From: Hyaloraphidium curvatum SAG 235-1
Lineage: Eukaryota > Fungi > Monoblepharomycota
Assembly: GCA_025558095.1 (NCBI GenBank)
Contig: JAIVFI010000022.1
Location: 620,001 to 684,000 of the forward strand
Direction of reading: 5' to 3'
Length of the DNA stretch: 64,000 nt
The translations under genes were made by a program, and so were the position numbers. How positions within the stretch are numbered: position 1 is the stretch's first letter; each line of letters starts with the position of its first letter. Positions 23,507 to 35,132 of the stretch are shown here, piece after piece. Under the pieces are notes generated by a model that worked only from the letters and a program-made list of their open reading frames with translations, was not told the origin of the DNA and searched no databases.

Positions 23507-25061
23507 TCACCACTTGAAGACCGCCCTGGCCGCGTCCCTGCCGGGAACATTCTTCGGCGCCATTCCGTCCCTCCCCATCCGCTCGAAGATATCGTAGAAC
23601 GACTCCTCGGTGTCCTTGTATCCGTTCCATCCGAGCTGCTGGTTCTTGGTTGCCGAGTACACGAGCGAAAAGGGCGAGGCGAACATGGCGTCCACGAACC
23701 ACATGCTCTCGACGCCTTGCTTCCAACCGTCCGGGGAAACGGAAGGGTCTTCCGCCATGACTTTCGCCCAGGACTGCAAAAGTAAGTGAGGAAATGACGA
23801 GTCCGACTGGGAGCCGCGATTACCTCCTTCGCGATCTCCTCCGTCACGGCCTTGGCGGTGACGATCGTGTGGACGTCGTTCTTCTGCGACAGATGCCTGC
23901 GCGGGAGCATGGTCAGCTCGGTCCGTCGGACGTGACTCGGCGAACTCACTTCTCCATCTCGCCTTCCAGGAGGATCTTCTCCTTGGGCACGCCGAAGTAG
24001 GCCAGCATTTTCGGAAACAGGTACTTCCACCGAAAGAAGTCACCGTCCGAGTCGTTGAGGATCTGTCCCGCGCACTTGGGCTCCAGCGCCGCCCACACGT
24101 TGTGCTTGGCCAGCAGGTCCGCCGAGCTGGCCTGCTGGATCGAGTTCCAATCGCCCGCGCTCCCGGGGAAGATTAGCGGGCCCTCGCGGTGCTTCATGAT
24201 CAGGATGTAGGTCGCCAGCGAGGTCGCCTGCGTCATGGCAGTCTGCCTCGTGACGCCGAGGATGGCGAGGGGGAGGGTGCAGGTCCACGTGAAGCCGTGC
24301 TCGGCACCGAGCTTCTTGGCGACGGTGAGCTGCCTGTTGTAGAAGGGGCAGAGGGGCACGTTCGGGGGCTCGTCCGATTCTCGGATGGGCTGGATCATCG
24401 GCGGGTCTCTGATATGCCACTGAATGCCGGGGATAAGAACCACGCGAGCCACAACAGCGATCGCGAAGGCACCTTTGCGCCCAGCTGAAGCACCACGCGC
24501 TCGAACTTCTTGGAACACTTGACCACGGCCCGCATGGTGCTGTCAAAGATCTTCTCGTTGGCGTCCGTCTCCTCCTTCGAGCCCCATCCCTGCGGCGGAT
24601 ACACGCTGGCACTCTGTCAGCATCAAAACGCGGTAGGCTCGCGCCGGCTACCCACTAGGCACCCCAGAGAACATGGGTAATCTCGGCCCCTCCCGCAGCG
24701 GTGAACTTCTCGGCCAGCGCGTCCGGCGACTCGTTCAGCAGGTCGGCTTCAACCCAGACAAGTCGCTTGCCCAGGGCGCCGGCGGGCAAGTCGTACTTCA
24801 CCCAGTCAGGGTTGGGAGCGCGGCGCGAGGTCGCGATGACCTTGGTAAAGTGCTTCTCTCCCTCGGGTGAGAGGAGGTACTCGACGAGATAGGATCCGCT
24901 GCGCCGATAGGTACGTTTTGAGTATCCAATTACAGGCGGTTCGCGTCAAGACGCGTGGAAAGAGCAGTGGGAGACGTTCAGCGTCGGTGGCGAAGAAGCC
25001 GGACACCGAAGCCGGCCCACGTTATTCCATTTCCTCCCGTAATGAGGACGGCGCCGGGCAT
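23507..25061 (-). CDS. PRISE-like (progesterone 5-beta-reductase/iridoid synthase family) atypical SDR
   Basis: Spliced MPGAVLITGGNGIT|GSYLVEYL, ATSRR, VEADLL, LQLGAK|WH, PFY, FTWTCTLP, LIFPG, SADLLA...WAALEPKCAGQILN...GDFFRWKYLFP. Confidence 0.78.
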
Positions 25062-25189
25062 CGTTCCGAGTCGTCTGACGCGCTTTTTGGTCGAATCGTT
25101 GGAGACGGCGCAGCGGGTGCAACCAAGCGGCGTGCGAGCTGAATTGAAAGGGCTTGCTCCTGCGGCCCCTTGCTCCGAACTTTCGCAGC

Positions 25190-26860
25190 ATGGAGCTCAG
25201 TCGCCGGCACACGGCGCCGTCGGGGCGCACGTCGACGGCGTCTTGCGATGCGCCGCAGCCGCTGTTCACGCCCGCCGAGTTCGTCGCCCTGTTCCCGCAG
25301 CCGCTCCCCGCGCCGGAGCCGCTGTCTTCGGCCGCCATCGCTTTTGAAGACCCCGCACGGGACGCCCGCGGTCCCGCCCTTTCCCCTAGGGAACTCTTGG
25401 CCGAACTGGAACCGTTCCCTGCTGTGCGGCGCTACGCCGCCGCCCAGCTCTGGTGTATGGTTGTGATGCCCCTCCAGCAGTTGCGCTACGTTTCCATGAC
25501 GCTTGTGTTCTCGGCCTGCTTTGCGCTGGCTTGGCCATTTGGAGCGGGAATCTTCACCACCAGGAGCATCGTCACCGGGTTCATCCTCCAGCTTTTCTTT
25601 AATGCTGTCCGGACGGTCAAGTACAGCACCTGGCAGAAGTCTAGGGGGGTGCTGTCTTTCCCTAGTCGGTCGGACAAATGGTCCTCGGTCGTGCGAATCT
25701 TCCAAACGGAAATGTCTGTTCGACAGCACGCTGGACTCGTGGCTTGGATGCGGTTGTTCGACTGGTCGACCGAACTCGAGAAGGGCATTCCCGCCGCGAA
25801 GGTGCCTTCCGCTCTGACAGCGCACCGGGATCAGGACCCCCTGTGTCCGTGCCCAAAAGCGTCGTGCGGGGGTTCCGCGCCAGAGGACTTGGCCGTCGCA
25901 AGCGGCACGATTCTTGTGTGGAGGACTACCCACAGCTTTCTGTCCCAGATTGCCATCATTTGGACATCTCTGGTGACACTGGGAGCTTCATCATGGACTC
26001 AACCATGGTCTGCTGTAATTCTGGGTCTCGGAAGTACGTGATCAGCGTCGCTTCACTTCTGCTGCCTGACGTGGACCGTCTGTACACCCTTGCAGTGTTG
26101 TCTGCGGTGTTAATCACGGCCGAGGTCATCGTGGTCGGCCCAAACAGCCCGTCGCCGTTGAAGCTCACAACTCGTGTACGGCATCGGGCTGTCGTTTTGG
26201 CGCTGGGACAGCTGGTAGACAAGTGCGGTGTCGATCTCGCTGCTGGCACGTGCGCCGAGCACTCGACGAGCATGCCTTCGAGCATGCCATACGCAGAGCT
26301 CCTGGCCCTCCTCGACGCGTCTTGGAGGAAGAACTTCTCGGCGAACTGGGTGCCAAACATTATGGTCGTGTTCATTATTGCAGGGATCGCATGCGCCGCC
26401 CTCAGCGCGGTGGGTCAACGGCTTGTTCCCATCTATGCTCAACAGTTTGCTAATTCTCCCCCCGGTTTCCAAGTTCGTCGCGCGGTGCATTCCGGCCTGG
26501 ACGCTTCTTTATACGCTCTACTACCTCATTGCCCTGGGGCGGGACCTCTGGAACGCTGCCGTCTTCAACGCCGAAATCGAGACGATCTCCGAGCTTGTCG
26601 CCCGTGCCCAGCGCGAGCTCCGGGAGCTTCTCGCCCTGCGCCCATCGTCCCCTGCCGCGGCTTCGGTACGCGCACATGATGCCGTGCTGGACTCGCACCT
26701 CCGCGCTGGGAACGGGAGGGCGAAGGTGCTCGGGTTCACCGTGAGCTTCGGGGCCATTCGGACGCTCTACATCACCCTGGCGACGGTGGCCTTCGGCGTG
26801 TGGGGCGTCCTGCGAGGCTTCGGGGTAGAGGTCACGATGGACAGCGTGTGCCCAGGTTGA
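25190..26860 (+). CDS. Multi-pass membrane protein of a repeated unknown family (two introns)
   Basis: Three ORF pieces joined by GT-AG introns (about 26034-26095 and 26410-26473). Motifs CPCPKASC, WTQPW, CIPAW and C-terminal AKVLGFTVSFGAIRTL...CPG shared with 32119-33897. Confidence 0.7.
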
Positions 26861-27194
26861 AGACGATCGACACGTGCTGCGATTACGACTCGAGCCGGGA
26901 GGACGAAGCTTGCCAGGCAATCGGCAAGATGAAGGCTTTGGAGGAGCTCGGGATCAGGGGCTGGTCGGCCACGCTCAAGGCGTCGTACCTGCACCTCGTC
27001 CCCGCCAGCCTCCGCAAGCTCTCCATCCGGGGCGCGGCGTTCGAGATCGTCCCGGCCGAGTTCGCCACCGCGAGGGAGATGCTGGCGAACGTGCCCACCG
27101 TGCAGGTGCTCAAGAGGGATCCGGATCGGATCAGGAGACCGGGTTCTGGAGGAGCGTGGCGGGGGTGGATTTCAGGGACCTGAGCGAAGCCTGA
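26858..27194 (+). pseudogene. Orphan 3' fragment of an F-box/LRR-like gene
   Basis: LKTIDTCCDYDSSREDEACQAIGKMKALEELGI...LVPASLRKLSIRG...FWRSVAGVDFR matches the C-terminus of 29277-30541. No 5' part; frameshift near 27125. Confidence 0.55.
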
Positions 27195-27325
27195 CGCGAT
27201 GCAACGGGTGGCCTAGACAAAGATCAAATGTGGATTGCGGGTCCGGGGTATAAGAGAGCATCGTCCGACCGAACGATCTTCGATCAGCCAAGTGAGGGAT
27301 CCTGGCAGGGGACCAGTTCGGCACC

Positions 27326-29122
27326 ATGCGCCTGAGCCGCTTGTTTGCCTTCGGACAGCGGAATCGGGCTCAGAAGACTGCCTGGAGCGCGCTCGACCCC
27401 GGCAGAACCGCCAATGGCGACGGACCCGGCCCGGCCGCCCGGGGCCGGCGGGACTTGGCCCCCGACATCCTCGCCGCCCTGGCACTGCTGTCCGTGTGCC
27501 TGGCACTTCACTGGGCCGCCATCACGCTGCTCTGCCACAGCGCGTACTCATCGGGCACGAGGGCCGCCCGGAACGTGGTTGTTTCCGCCGGGCTCGCCGT
27601 GGCCTTCGCGCCGGTCCGCGCCGACGCGATGCCGCCCGCCCTGCGGCTGCTGCTGGGCATCGTCGGGACCGGGCTGTGGGTTCACGTGCTTTTTGACGCG
27701 TTTGGGGCCGTGCCTCCGGGGCCCAACCTTGTGTTCGACGGGCCACTCCCCAAGCAAGTATTCCGGTACGGAGCTGCCGTTGCCGTGGCGTCCGGGGCCG
27801 TGGCATGGAGGCGGCCGTCCTTCTGGCTCCCCGTGGCCGTGTATTACTTCAACTTCCGGGTCAGGCTCAACATCGAGACCGGGACCTTCATTTCGGATAT
27901 CGACTTCCGCGGCGCCCAGGACGCGGTCGTCTTTGGTTCCATCGCGGCGCCTGTGATCATCGTGCTCACCTCGGAGCGCGTATGTCGATGGGTGGGCAGC
28001 GTGTTGGCCGCCAAACACGTGTCTGTTTCCTCGGACGGAGAGCGGGTCCGCACCCTCGCGCTGGAGCTCGTCTGGGCCGTCATGGTCGGAGCCCACCTCG
28101 GCAACTACTACCGCTCGGGGATCGGCAAGCTCCTTATCGGATGGTCATGGGACCGCTTCTTGTGGCTCAAGAAGAACACGACGCACTTCAGCGTCCTTGT
28201 CGGCCTGGAGCGGCAAAGCAACCCGCTGCTCGTCGTCCCGCCGCTCGCGGGCCTGGCCTACCATGCCATCCGGATCCTTGCCCCCTTTCTCAACTTTTCC
28301 GTGCTCGCGGGGCAGCTCGCCGGGTGCATCGCGTTCCTGGACATGAGGCTGCTGCGCGCCCTCGCCATCTTCTACGACCTTTTCCACCTCGTCATCTGGT
28401 TCACCCTCGGCGCCCTGTTCCACCTCTGGATCGTCGTCAACGTCGCCGTCTTCATCTCCTCGCGCCGCATCGCCCCCACCTGGCCCTCGAAGCTCGTCGG
28501 CACCCTGGCCTGCACCGTCAACACTCCCTTCTTCACGCAGCAGAAGCTCGCCTGGCTCGACGGGCCGCAGACCGTCACCCCCACTTTCCGCGCCGTCACC
28601 GCCTCCGGCGAATCCCACCTCGTCCCCCCCGCCTTCTTCGGCATGCACTCGTACCGCGTCGCCCACGGCGGAATGTACGTCCCCGCGGGGCATTACCCGG
28701 CCAACTACGGCGGGGCCTTCTGGGACCCTGCGGACTGGTACAGGGCCCTGGCGTGCGCGAACTCCACCCGCGGGGAGCAGCGCAACGGGCACTCGATGGG
28801 CCTGGTGGTGCGGCTGCTGCAGCTCGCGCACGGGTTCGCGGAGCGGCACCCGGCGGCCAAGCGGTGGAATCTCTACTTTGCCTACCCGCACCACATGCCA
28901 CCCGTGCCGCTGCTGCACCGCGGTTTCGGTGGGCTGCGGATGGACGAGGTGGTGAGGTACGAGTACGTGGTGGAGTCGGCGTGCCTGGGGTTCGAGCGGG
29001 GGAGGCTGACGCGGAGAGTGGCGTCCAGGAACGTGGCGGAGATCGAGGTGGTGCGGAAGGAGGGGCGCTCGGAGCTGCGGCTGGTGAAGTCAGGGAATAT
29101 GCAGAAACCGATCGGCGCTTAG
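27326..29122 (+). CDS. Intronless 598-aa polytopic membrane protein, HTTM-like, bacterial type
   Basis: Many hydrophobic segments; motifs HLGNYYRSGIGKL, FYDLFHLVIWFTLGALF, LAWLD, followed by a soluble C-terminal domain. Confidence 0.6.
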   Translation: MRLSRLFAFGQRNRAQKTAWSALDPGRTANGDGPGPAARGRRDLAPDILAALALLSVCLALHWAAITLLCHSAYSSGTRAARNVVVSAGLAVAFAPVRADAMPPALRLLLGIVGTGLWVHVLFDAFGAVPPGPNLVFDGPLPKQVFRYGAAVAVASGAVAWRRPSFWLPVAVYYFNFRVRLNIETGTFISDIDFRGAQDAVVFGSIAAPVIIVLTSERVCRWVGSVLAAKHVSVSSDGERVRTLALELVWAVMVGAHLGNYYRSGIGKLLIGWSWDRFLWLKKNTTHFSVLVGLERQSNPLLVVPPLAGLAYHAIRILAPFLNFSVLAGQLAGCIAFLDMRLLRALAIFYDLFHLVIWFTLGALFHLWIVVNVAVFISSRRIAPTWPSKLVGTLACTVNTPFFTQQKLAWLDGPQTVTPTFRAVTASGESHLVPPAFFGMHSYRVAHGGMYVPAGHYPANYGGAFWDPADWYRALACANSTRGEQRNGHSMGLVVRLLQLAHGFAERHPAAKRWNLYFAYPHHMPPVPLLHRGFGGLRMDEVVRYEYVVESACLGFERGRLTRRVASRNVAEIEVVRKEGRSELRLVKSGNMQKPIGA

Positions 29123-29276
29123 AAATTCAGTCGATTGCATCGGAACGTTTTGGCTTGACCGAGTCGAGGACCGAGAATACTGAGGGGGCTTCCCTTGCCT
29201 AATGACGGGGCGCGCCTACCGAACCGCATTACTTCACACCTACGCACGTCACACCCAAGCCACGAAGCCCTCCGCT

Positions 29277-30541
29277 ATGCCGTACTCGCCGCTGCTCCTA
29301 GAAGAACGCTGCGCCGTTTCCACCGCGGAGGCCGCCGCGCGCCTCCGCGCCGACTCCCGCACGCGCGCCGCCGCGCCGCCAGTCCCGCCCGCGCTCGGCA
29401 CGCTCCCCCCGGAGATCCTGACCAAGATCGCGCGCGCGCTGCTCTTCTCCCCCCGGAGATCCTGACCAAGATCGCGCGCGCGCTGCTCTTCTCGCGCCAG
29501 GCCGACTCGTGCAACTGCCACGACTGCGACGCCTTCGCGAAATCCCCCGAGTCGCTGCTCGAGCTTATGCTTTCGTCCAGGCTCCTCTACGCCGTCGGCC
29601 TGCCCCTCCTGCTGCGCAAGGTCACCTTCTCGAGCCACTGGATTCCTGAAGAAGGCGGCGAGGACGGCCGCACTCTGCGTGGCGCGATCTCGGGCTTCCT
29701 CGCCGACTCGCATGGCGCGTTGCGAAGTTCGCCCTCGTGTGCGACCTCTCCCTCGACGTCCCGTCTGGCAACGGCACCGAGGCCCTGCGCCTCCTCCGCG
29801 CGTGCCTGTCAGCCCTCCGGAAGCTCGCGCTGACGGGGGCCTGGAGCCCCGCGTCGGTGGTCGCCGCGCTGCGTCTGATCGCCGCCCCGTCGCTCACGGA
29901 GCTCACGATCGTGTTCGACATCGAGGCCCTGCCTGCGAGCGCCAGGCTCCCTGCGTCCGTCTCCAAGGTCATCATCGGCGCCACGAACGAGTCGGTCGGC
30001 CCCGCCACAATCACCGCCCTCCTCGGCCTGCTCTCGCACCACGCCCCTCTCGTGATCTGGGACCTCTTCCTCCCCCGACACGCAAAGGACATCCACCGCG
30101 CGGCCCTCGACTCCACCCCTCCCTCGCTCCTCTCCCAGCTGGCCTCCGTTTCGCTGTCGACGGGCGACCTCCCCTGGCTCGCCCTGCTCCCGGACTTCGC
30201 ACCCCGTGCGACCGCGTTGCAGACGTGCTGCCCGCGCGACGCCGAACGCGAGGAGGAGGCGTGGAAGCTGGTCGCGGGGATGGGCCACCTGGGGGAGCTG
30301 GAGGTCATGGGGATTGCGGCGGCGGTCCGCGGCGCGGCTGGGGATGGTGCCGGCCGGGATAAGGAGGCTGTCGCTCCGCGGGGTCGACGTGCGGATCGCG
30401 CCGGACGAGTACGTAGAGGTGCGGCGCGTGCTGGCGCGGATCGGGGAGGTGCGTGTGCTGGACCGCCACCGCTGCGGGTCCGGGCCGGGGGAGGCATTCT
30501 GGGGCGGCGTGAGGGGGGTGGACTATAGGTTGCGGTCGTGA
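29277..30541 (+). pseudogene. F-box/LRR-like gene disrupted by a 44-bp duplication and further frameshifts
   Basis: LPPEILTKIARAL F-box-like motif; coding-like sequence switches frame at about 29450, 29722 and 30311. Confidence 0.6.
29405..29493 (+). repeat. Perfect 44-bp tandem duplication
   Basis: CCCCCGGAGATCCTGACCAAGATCGCGCGCGCGCTGCTCTTCTC occurs twice (GGAGAT at 29411 and 29455). Confidence 0.9.
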
Positions 30542-30722
30542 CTCGCCCGGGACTAGCCGAGAAGCCCCGAGATGAACTGCGTTCCCGACCGCAAAGAATT
30601 GGAGTAGAGAACAGGTTTCTATCATTAGTCTAGCCCTCCCGATTCGGCTGCCATCCGTCGAAGATTCGCCGGCAGCCCGTAACCGACATCCCTGACGGCA
30701 GGATCCCCCCCCCGGTCCATCA

Positions 30723-31842
30723 TCACCCCTCCAACGGCGGCGGCATCAGCACCTTGCTCGGATCGTCCGGCGCCCCCTTGCGCTCGTCCGCCAGCCGCAT
30801 GTACAGCGGGTCGTACAGCACCGCCCTCCCCTTCTCCCCCGAGACGACGTACGAGTGGCCCGCCAGCCGCTCGTCGGTGATCAGCCGCTCGTAGGCGTCC
30901 ATGAGCTCGGGCATGGGCGTCCAGCCTTCCCAAACGGCGCCGCGGTGAGCCCCCGGCCCGGCACGGCACGCGAGGCAGGACCGGCTCACCTCCGACGGCG
31001 GGGAAGATGTTCCTCCACAGCGGGCTCTCCTCCACGTCCTTCGGGGTGGCGTACCCGCTCTTGGTCCAGATGGCGGCCCAGGTCATGCCCGGCTGGATGC
31101 ACCCGAACCGCGGGCGCTTGGGCCACGAACCCGCGGGCGCGTAGTCGACCTGCTTCTGTAGCTGCTTGGTGGCCATGATCATGCCGACCTTGGAGAGGGA
31201 GTATCTGCAAAGTGGCAGACGGGGTCAGCCCAAGGTGGAGCGGTCGGGGCGCGCGGGGGGGGGGGGGGAGACCGACGAGATGTCGGGGTGGAATGTCGGG
31301 CCGCTCTCGTTGTCCGGCAGCATCCCGACGATGCTCGCGGTCATGATGCAGACCCCCTCGATGGCTTTTTTCTTCCAATGAGACATGGCCAGCCGGGTCA
31401 TCAGGATCGTGCCGACGAGGTGGCCCTCGAGCGAGGGCAGCCAGCGGTCCGTCTCCTCGTCCACCTCGAGCTGGAACGTGACGGGATCGATCGTCCAGCC
31501 GGCATTGTTGATCAAAATGTCGACCGTGCCCGTGGTGCTCTTTTCCACGGCCTCCTTGAACGCGGCCCGGACCGAGTCGTGGTCCACCATGTCGCACTTG
31601 ACGAAGGCAAAGTGCTGCCCCGGGAACCGCGCCGACATGGTCTCCACCATCGCCTTGCCGTCGGCCTCGGTGCGGTTGGCGCTGATCACGTTGGCACCGC
31701 GGAGAGCGAGCCGTTCGGTGATGCTTTCGCCGACTGCCGCGGGGCAGTCCGTCAGCGTGCAGCAGGGCGCGGGCGGGCAGCAACACGCACTTCCCGACGC
31801 GCCGCCGGTCACGAGCGCGGTGCGGCCCTTGATCTCGTACAT
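30723..31842 (-). CDS. Classical short-chain dehydrogenase (15-hydroxyprostaglandin dehydrogenase-like)
   Basis: TALVTGGASG|VG, FVKCDM, VDILINNAG, IMTASIVG, catalytic YSLSK, CIQPG, GWTPM; about three introns. Confidence 0.85.
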
Positions 31843-32118
31843 GGTGGAGAGAGAGAGGAGAGGAACGAGGAGAGGAGGAGAGAGAAGCCGCGGGGGAGAC
31901 AGTCGTGGCGGGGACGGCGCCGAAGTCCCTTGATTACATTGGCGTCGCCGCGCCGACTCGCGTTCGCGGCAATAAAATCACGCGTTTCCCGTGGCACGAA
32001 ATCCTCCAGGCTCTGCTTGGGCCCGGGAGCGGTGTCGGGCCAACCACGGACCGGGGCGGAACGAGCGAGCGCGCCGGGGTTCCCGGTGGTTTCCGACGTT
32101 TCGAAGCACGCAGGCCCG

Positions 32119-33897
32119 ATGGAGGAGCTGCCGGCCGCCACAGCGCCGCGGGCCGACCGGGTGTCGTTCTCGCGCCTGCTGCCGACCGCGGCCTCGCGTC
32201 TGGACCGCTTCGTGCGGCGCCGGAAGCTGCGCCCGCACCCCCGCGGGCGCCTCGGCCGACACTGACCCGCGCCACGTGTCGCTGGCAGACCCAGGGCGGC
32301 ACAGAGATGCCCCGCTGGCGCTGCCCGCTGCCAAGGACCGCCCGCTGCTCGACCGCATGGTGCCGGATCTGTCGGCCGCTGAGGCCGCCGACGTGTTTGA
32401 ACGAGGCGGGCTGCCCGTCCTGGCCTCTCTCGTCCGCATGCGGCTCGCTCTGGCCGCGGCCGAGCAGCGCGGCGCCCTCTTTGTGGTCGGCCACGCCGCC
32501 GCCGCGGCCACCTGCGTGGCGCTGCTCGCCGCCGTCGGCCTCGGCATGCCGCAGGGCGCCCCCGCCGCCCCGTTCGCGATCGCCTGCGCCGGCATCCTGC
32601 TCGGCTTCTCCGCCACGTACCTGACCCTTACCCTGCCGATACACCGCACCATCGTCCCGCCGGGCTTCGCCTCGCCTGCGGATCCGGACCTCGTCGCGGC
32701 GCAGCTCGGGACGCTGGCGTGGTACTGGATCCGCACAGGGAGGGTGATGCCCGAGGGCGCCGCTGCGGGCGCGTTCCTGGAGCACCGGAATCCGCCGGAC
32801 GATTGGTCGCCCCTCGAGGGTTACTACACCCGCGACGGGAAGGACGCGGACGGAAAGGACGCGGAACGAGCCGGGGGCACGCAGAGAGAGGGGTTCCGGC
32901 AGTCGCCGTCCTGCCCGTGCCCCGAATGCCTGGGGTTCTTTTCGGCCGGCGGACTGCCCGTGCTGGCGTTCTTCGTCTCGGTACATTACCTTTTAGCGCC
33001 GATCCTCTCGGTACTCGGGGCCGTCTTCTGCTTCTGGGACATCCTGGGATCGGGCCGCGCGAGCCCGCTCTGGACGCAGCCCTGGGTAACGGCCTGCTTC
33101 GCCCTGCACGTCCTCGGCCTGCTCGTCACGTGCACTGTGGCGCCCGCGGGCGGACTCGCGAGCCCCATGCAGGCCGTGGCCAGCCGCGTCGTTGGCGCCG
33201 CGCATCTGCGCGCGGCGCAGGCCTCGTGCGACGAGTTCGTCACTGTCTGCGCCGATCTCGTGCGCGCGGCCCTCGCACCCCCCTCCTCGCCGCCCCCTCC
33301 TCCCCCCAGCCGCCCGGAAGGGCCGTCCCCGACGCCCGCCTTTCCCCTCCCGGAACTCTACGCCCGCGTCGCCTCGGACGTCCAAAGCATCGCCGAGGAC
33401 GCCGTGCACTCGATCGCGACGGTCGTCCACCGCCCCCTCGCCGGGTGCGGCCTCGCCGCCGCCGGCGCGCTGCTGTGCTCGCTGCCCCCGGGGGCTCGTG
33501 CTTCCCCGCGTGGGGCCTCGTGCTCCCGCTGTTCTGCCTGCACATCGCGGGCGCGTTCCTGCTGCTCTACGCGGGGACCAACGCCCGGATCGGCGCCGCG
33601 TGCGGGGTGTACCGCTCCTCCGGCGCCGCACTGGACTCGCTGCTCCGCGACCTCGCGCGGTACCCCCCCTCCGCCGACCGCGACCCCCTTGCTTCGCCGC
33701 TGGGCAGCTTCCTCCGCACGCACCGCGACTCGATGCTCCGCGCCGCCGCGGACCCGCCGCGCGCGCGCTTCCTCGGGTTCGTCGTGTCGTACGGGTCGCT
33801 GGCAAACCTCGCCGTGGCGGCCGTGACGGTCTGCGCGACGCTGTTCCGGGCGTTCGGGCTGAGGCTGGAGCTGGGTACCTACTGCCCAGGGGGTTAG
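32119..33897 (+). CDS. Second member of the membrane family of 25190-26860; frameshift near 33485; 5' end uncertain
   Basis: CPCPEC, LWTQPW, CFPAW and RARFLGFVVSYGSL...CPGG. Family motifs lie in two frames with no evident intron at the switch. Confidence 0.55.
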
Positions 33898-34154
33898 GTG
33901 GGGGACCTCGCGGGAGGGTACCGGACGACCTGCTGCGAACCAAGGCAGCCCTTTCTGCATCGATGCATACTGTATTGAGCCAGACTACGTCCAATACGCC
34001 TTGGATTTAAATGCGACTTATTCCACGGCTCTGGAACTGCGAGAGGGGCGCCCAGTGATCGCCAAGAGGCCACGGGTACGGGGCGGTAGCCACCGCCACG
34101 TCACGCCGTCGGCCCCGATCGGCCCGCAAACACCGCAAGCAAACTCCCCACCGC

Positions 34155-35132
34155 ATGCGCCCGCAAGCGGACGAAATGGTCTCGCAACACCAGATTTTCA
34201 CCTTCCGCCACGCCGCGCCCCCGCCGCCGCCGCCGCACGCCAACGTGCCGCCCTCCCTCCCCCGGCTCCTGTGCTCGCTCTCCGCCCTGGGCGCCGTGGT
34301 CTCGGCCACCGACGCCGAGATTGCCAGGCTTTCCGCGGCCCGCACCGCGCTGGCGGGCTTCGCGGCGCACGCGGAGGCGCGGGCCAGGGCCGGCGCGGGC
34401 GAGGTCGAGCTGCGCGACCTGGCGGTGCGGGCCGAGGGGCTCGTGGCGGGGGGGTGGGGACTGCCGCCTCCTGCAGCCCAGCAGGCACCCGTGCCCATGC
34501 CGGTGCGGGTGCAGTTCCATGCAGTGGCGCCTGCGGCCGACCAGAACTCGGGGCAGGACACGGAAGTGCAGGCTGCGCAGCAAAACGCCGAAGCTGGAGG
34601 CGCTGATCTGGCACACAACCCGTCGGACGCTCCCGCTGCGGCATCCTCCGAGGTTTCGCTTGCATCCACCTTCCCCCACGAAGCCCCTGCTACACCGTCG
34701 ACCTCATCGGACGTCGCACCCGACCTCCCGACGCTCCACACGCCCCGGCGCCACCGCGCCAAGCCCCGCACCCCCGTGCACCCCACACCCTCGCCCTCCC
34801 CTCCCCCGGCCAAGCACCCCCGCCCCTCCTCCTCCAAGCTCCGTCCCCTCCGCGAGCACCACTCCGGCTGCGCGACCTGCGGCACCCGCCGCACGCCCGA
34901 GTGGCGCCAGATCGGCGGCCGGGTGTACTGCAACGCGTGCGGCCTCCGCGTGGGCAGGAAGATGCGCGCCGAGGCGGGCAAGAAGGATGAGAGGGGGGCG
35001 AGGGGGAGGGAGATGCGCGCGGTGAGGATGGGGAGCATCCCGCCGCTGCCGGCGCCCGAGAGGCGAAAGCCCGAGGGGAGGCTGCTGGAGCTGAGCAACG
35101 TCGCCGAGTGGGTCGCGGAGCACAGGGTGTGA
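34155..35132 (+). CDS. GATA zinc-finger protein (C-X2-C-X16-C-X2-C) with N-terminal coiled coil
   Basis: CATCGTRRTPEWRQIGGRVYCNACGLR followed by a basic tail. Confidence 0.8.
   Translation: MRPQADEMVSQHQIFTFRHAAPPPPPPHANVPPSLPRLLCSLSALGAVVSATDAEIARLSAARTALAGFAAHAEARARAGAGEVELRDLAVRAEGLVAGGWGLPPPAAQQAPVPMPVRVQFHAVAPAADQNSGQDTEVQAAQQNAEAGGADLAHNPSDAPAAASSEVSLASTFPHEAPATPSTSSDVAPDLPTLHTPRRHRAKPRTPVHPTPSPSPPPAKHPRPSSSKLRPLREHHSGCATCGTRRTPEWRQIGGRVYCNACGLRVGRKMRAEAGKKDERGARGREMRAVRMGSIPPLPAPERRKPEGRLLELSNVAEWVAEHRV

Noticed and set aside
31255-31268. Poly-G run
   Set aside because: Simple homopolymer inside an SDR intron; no evidence of function.
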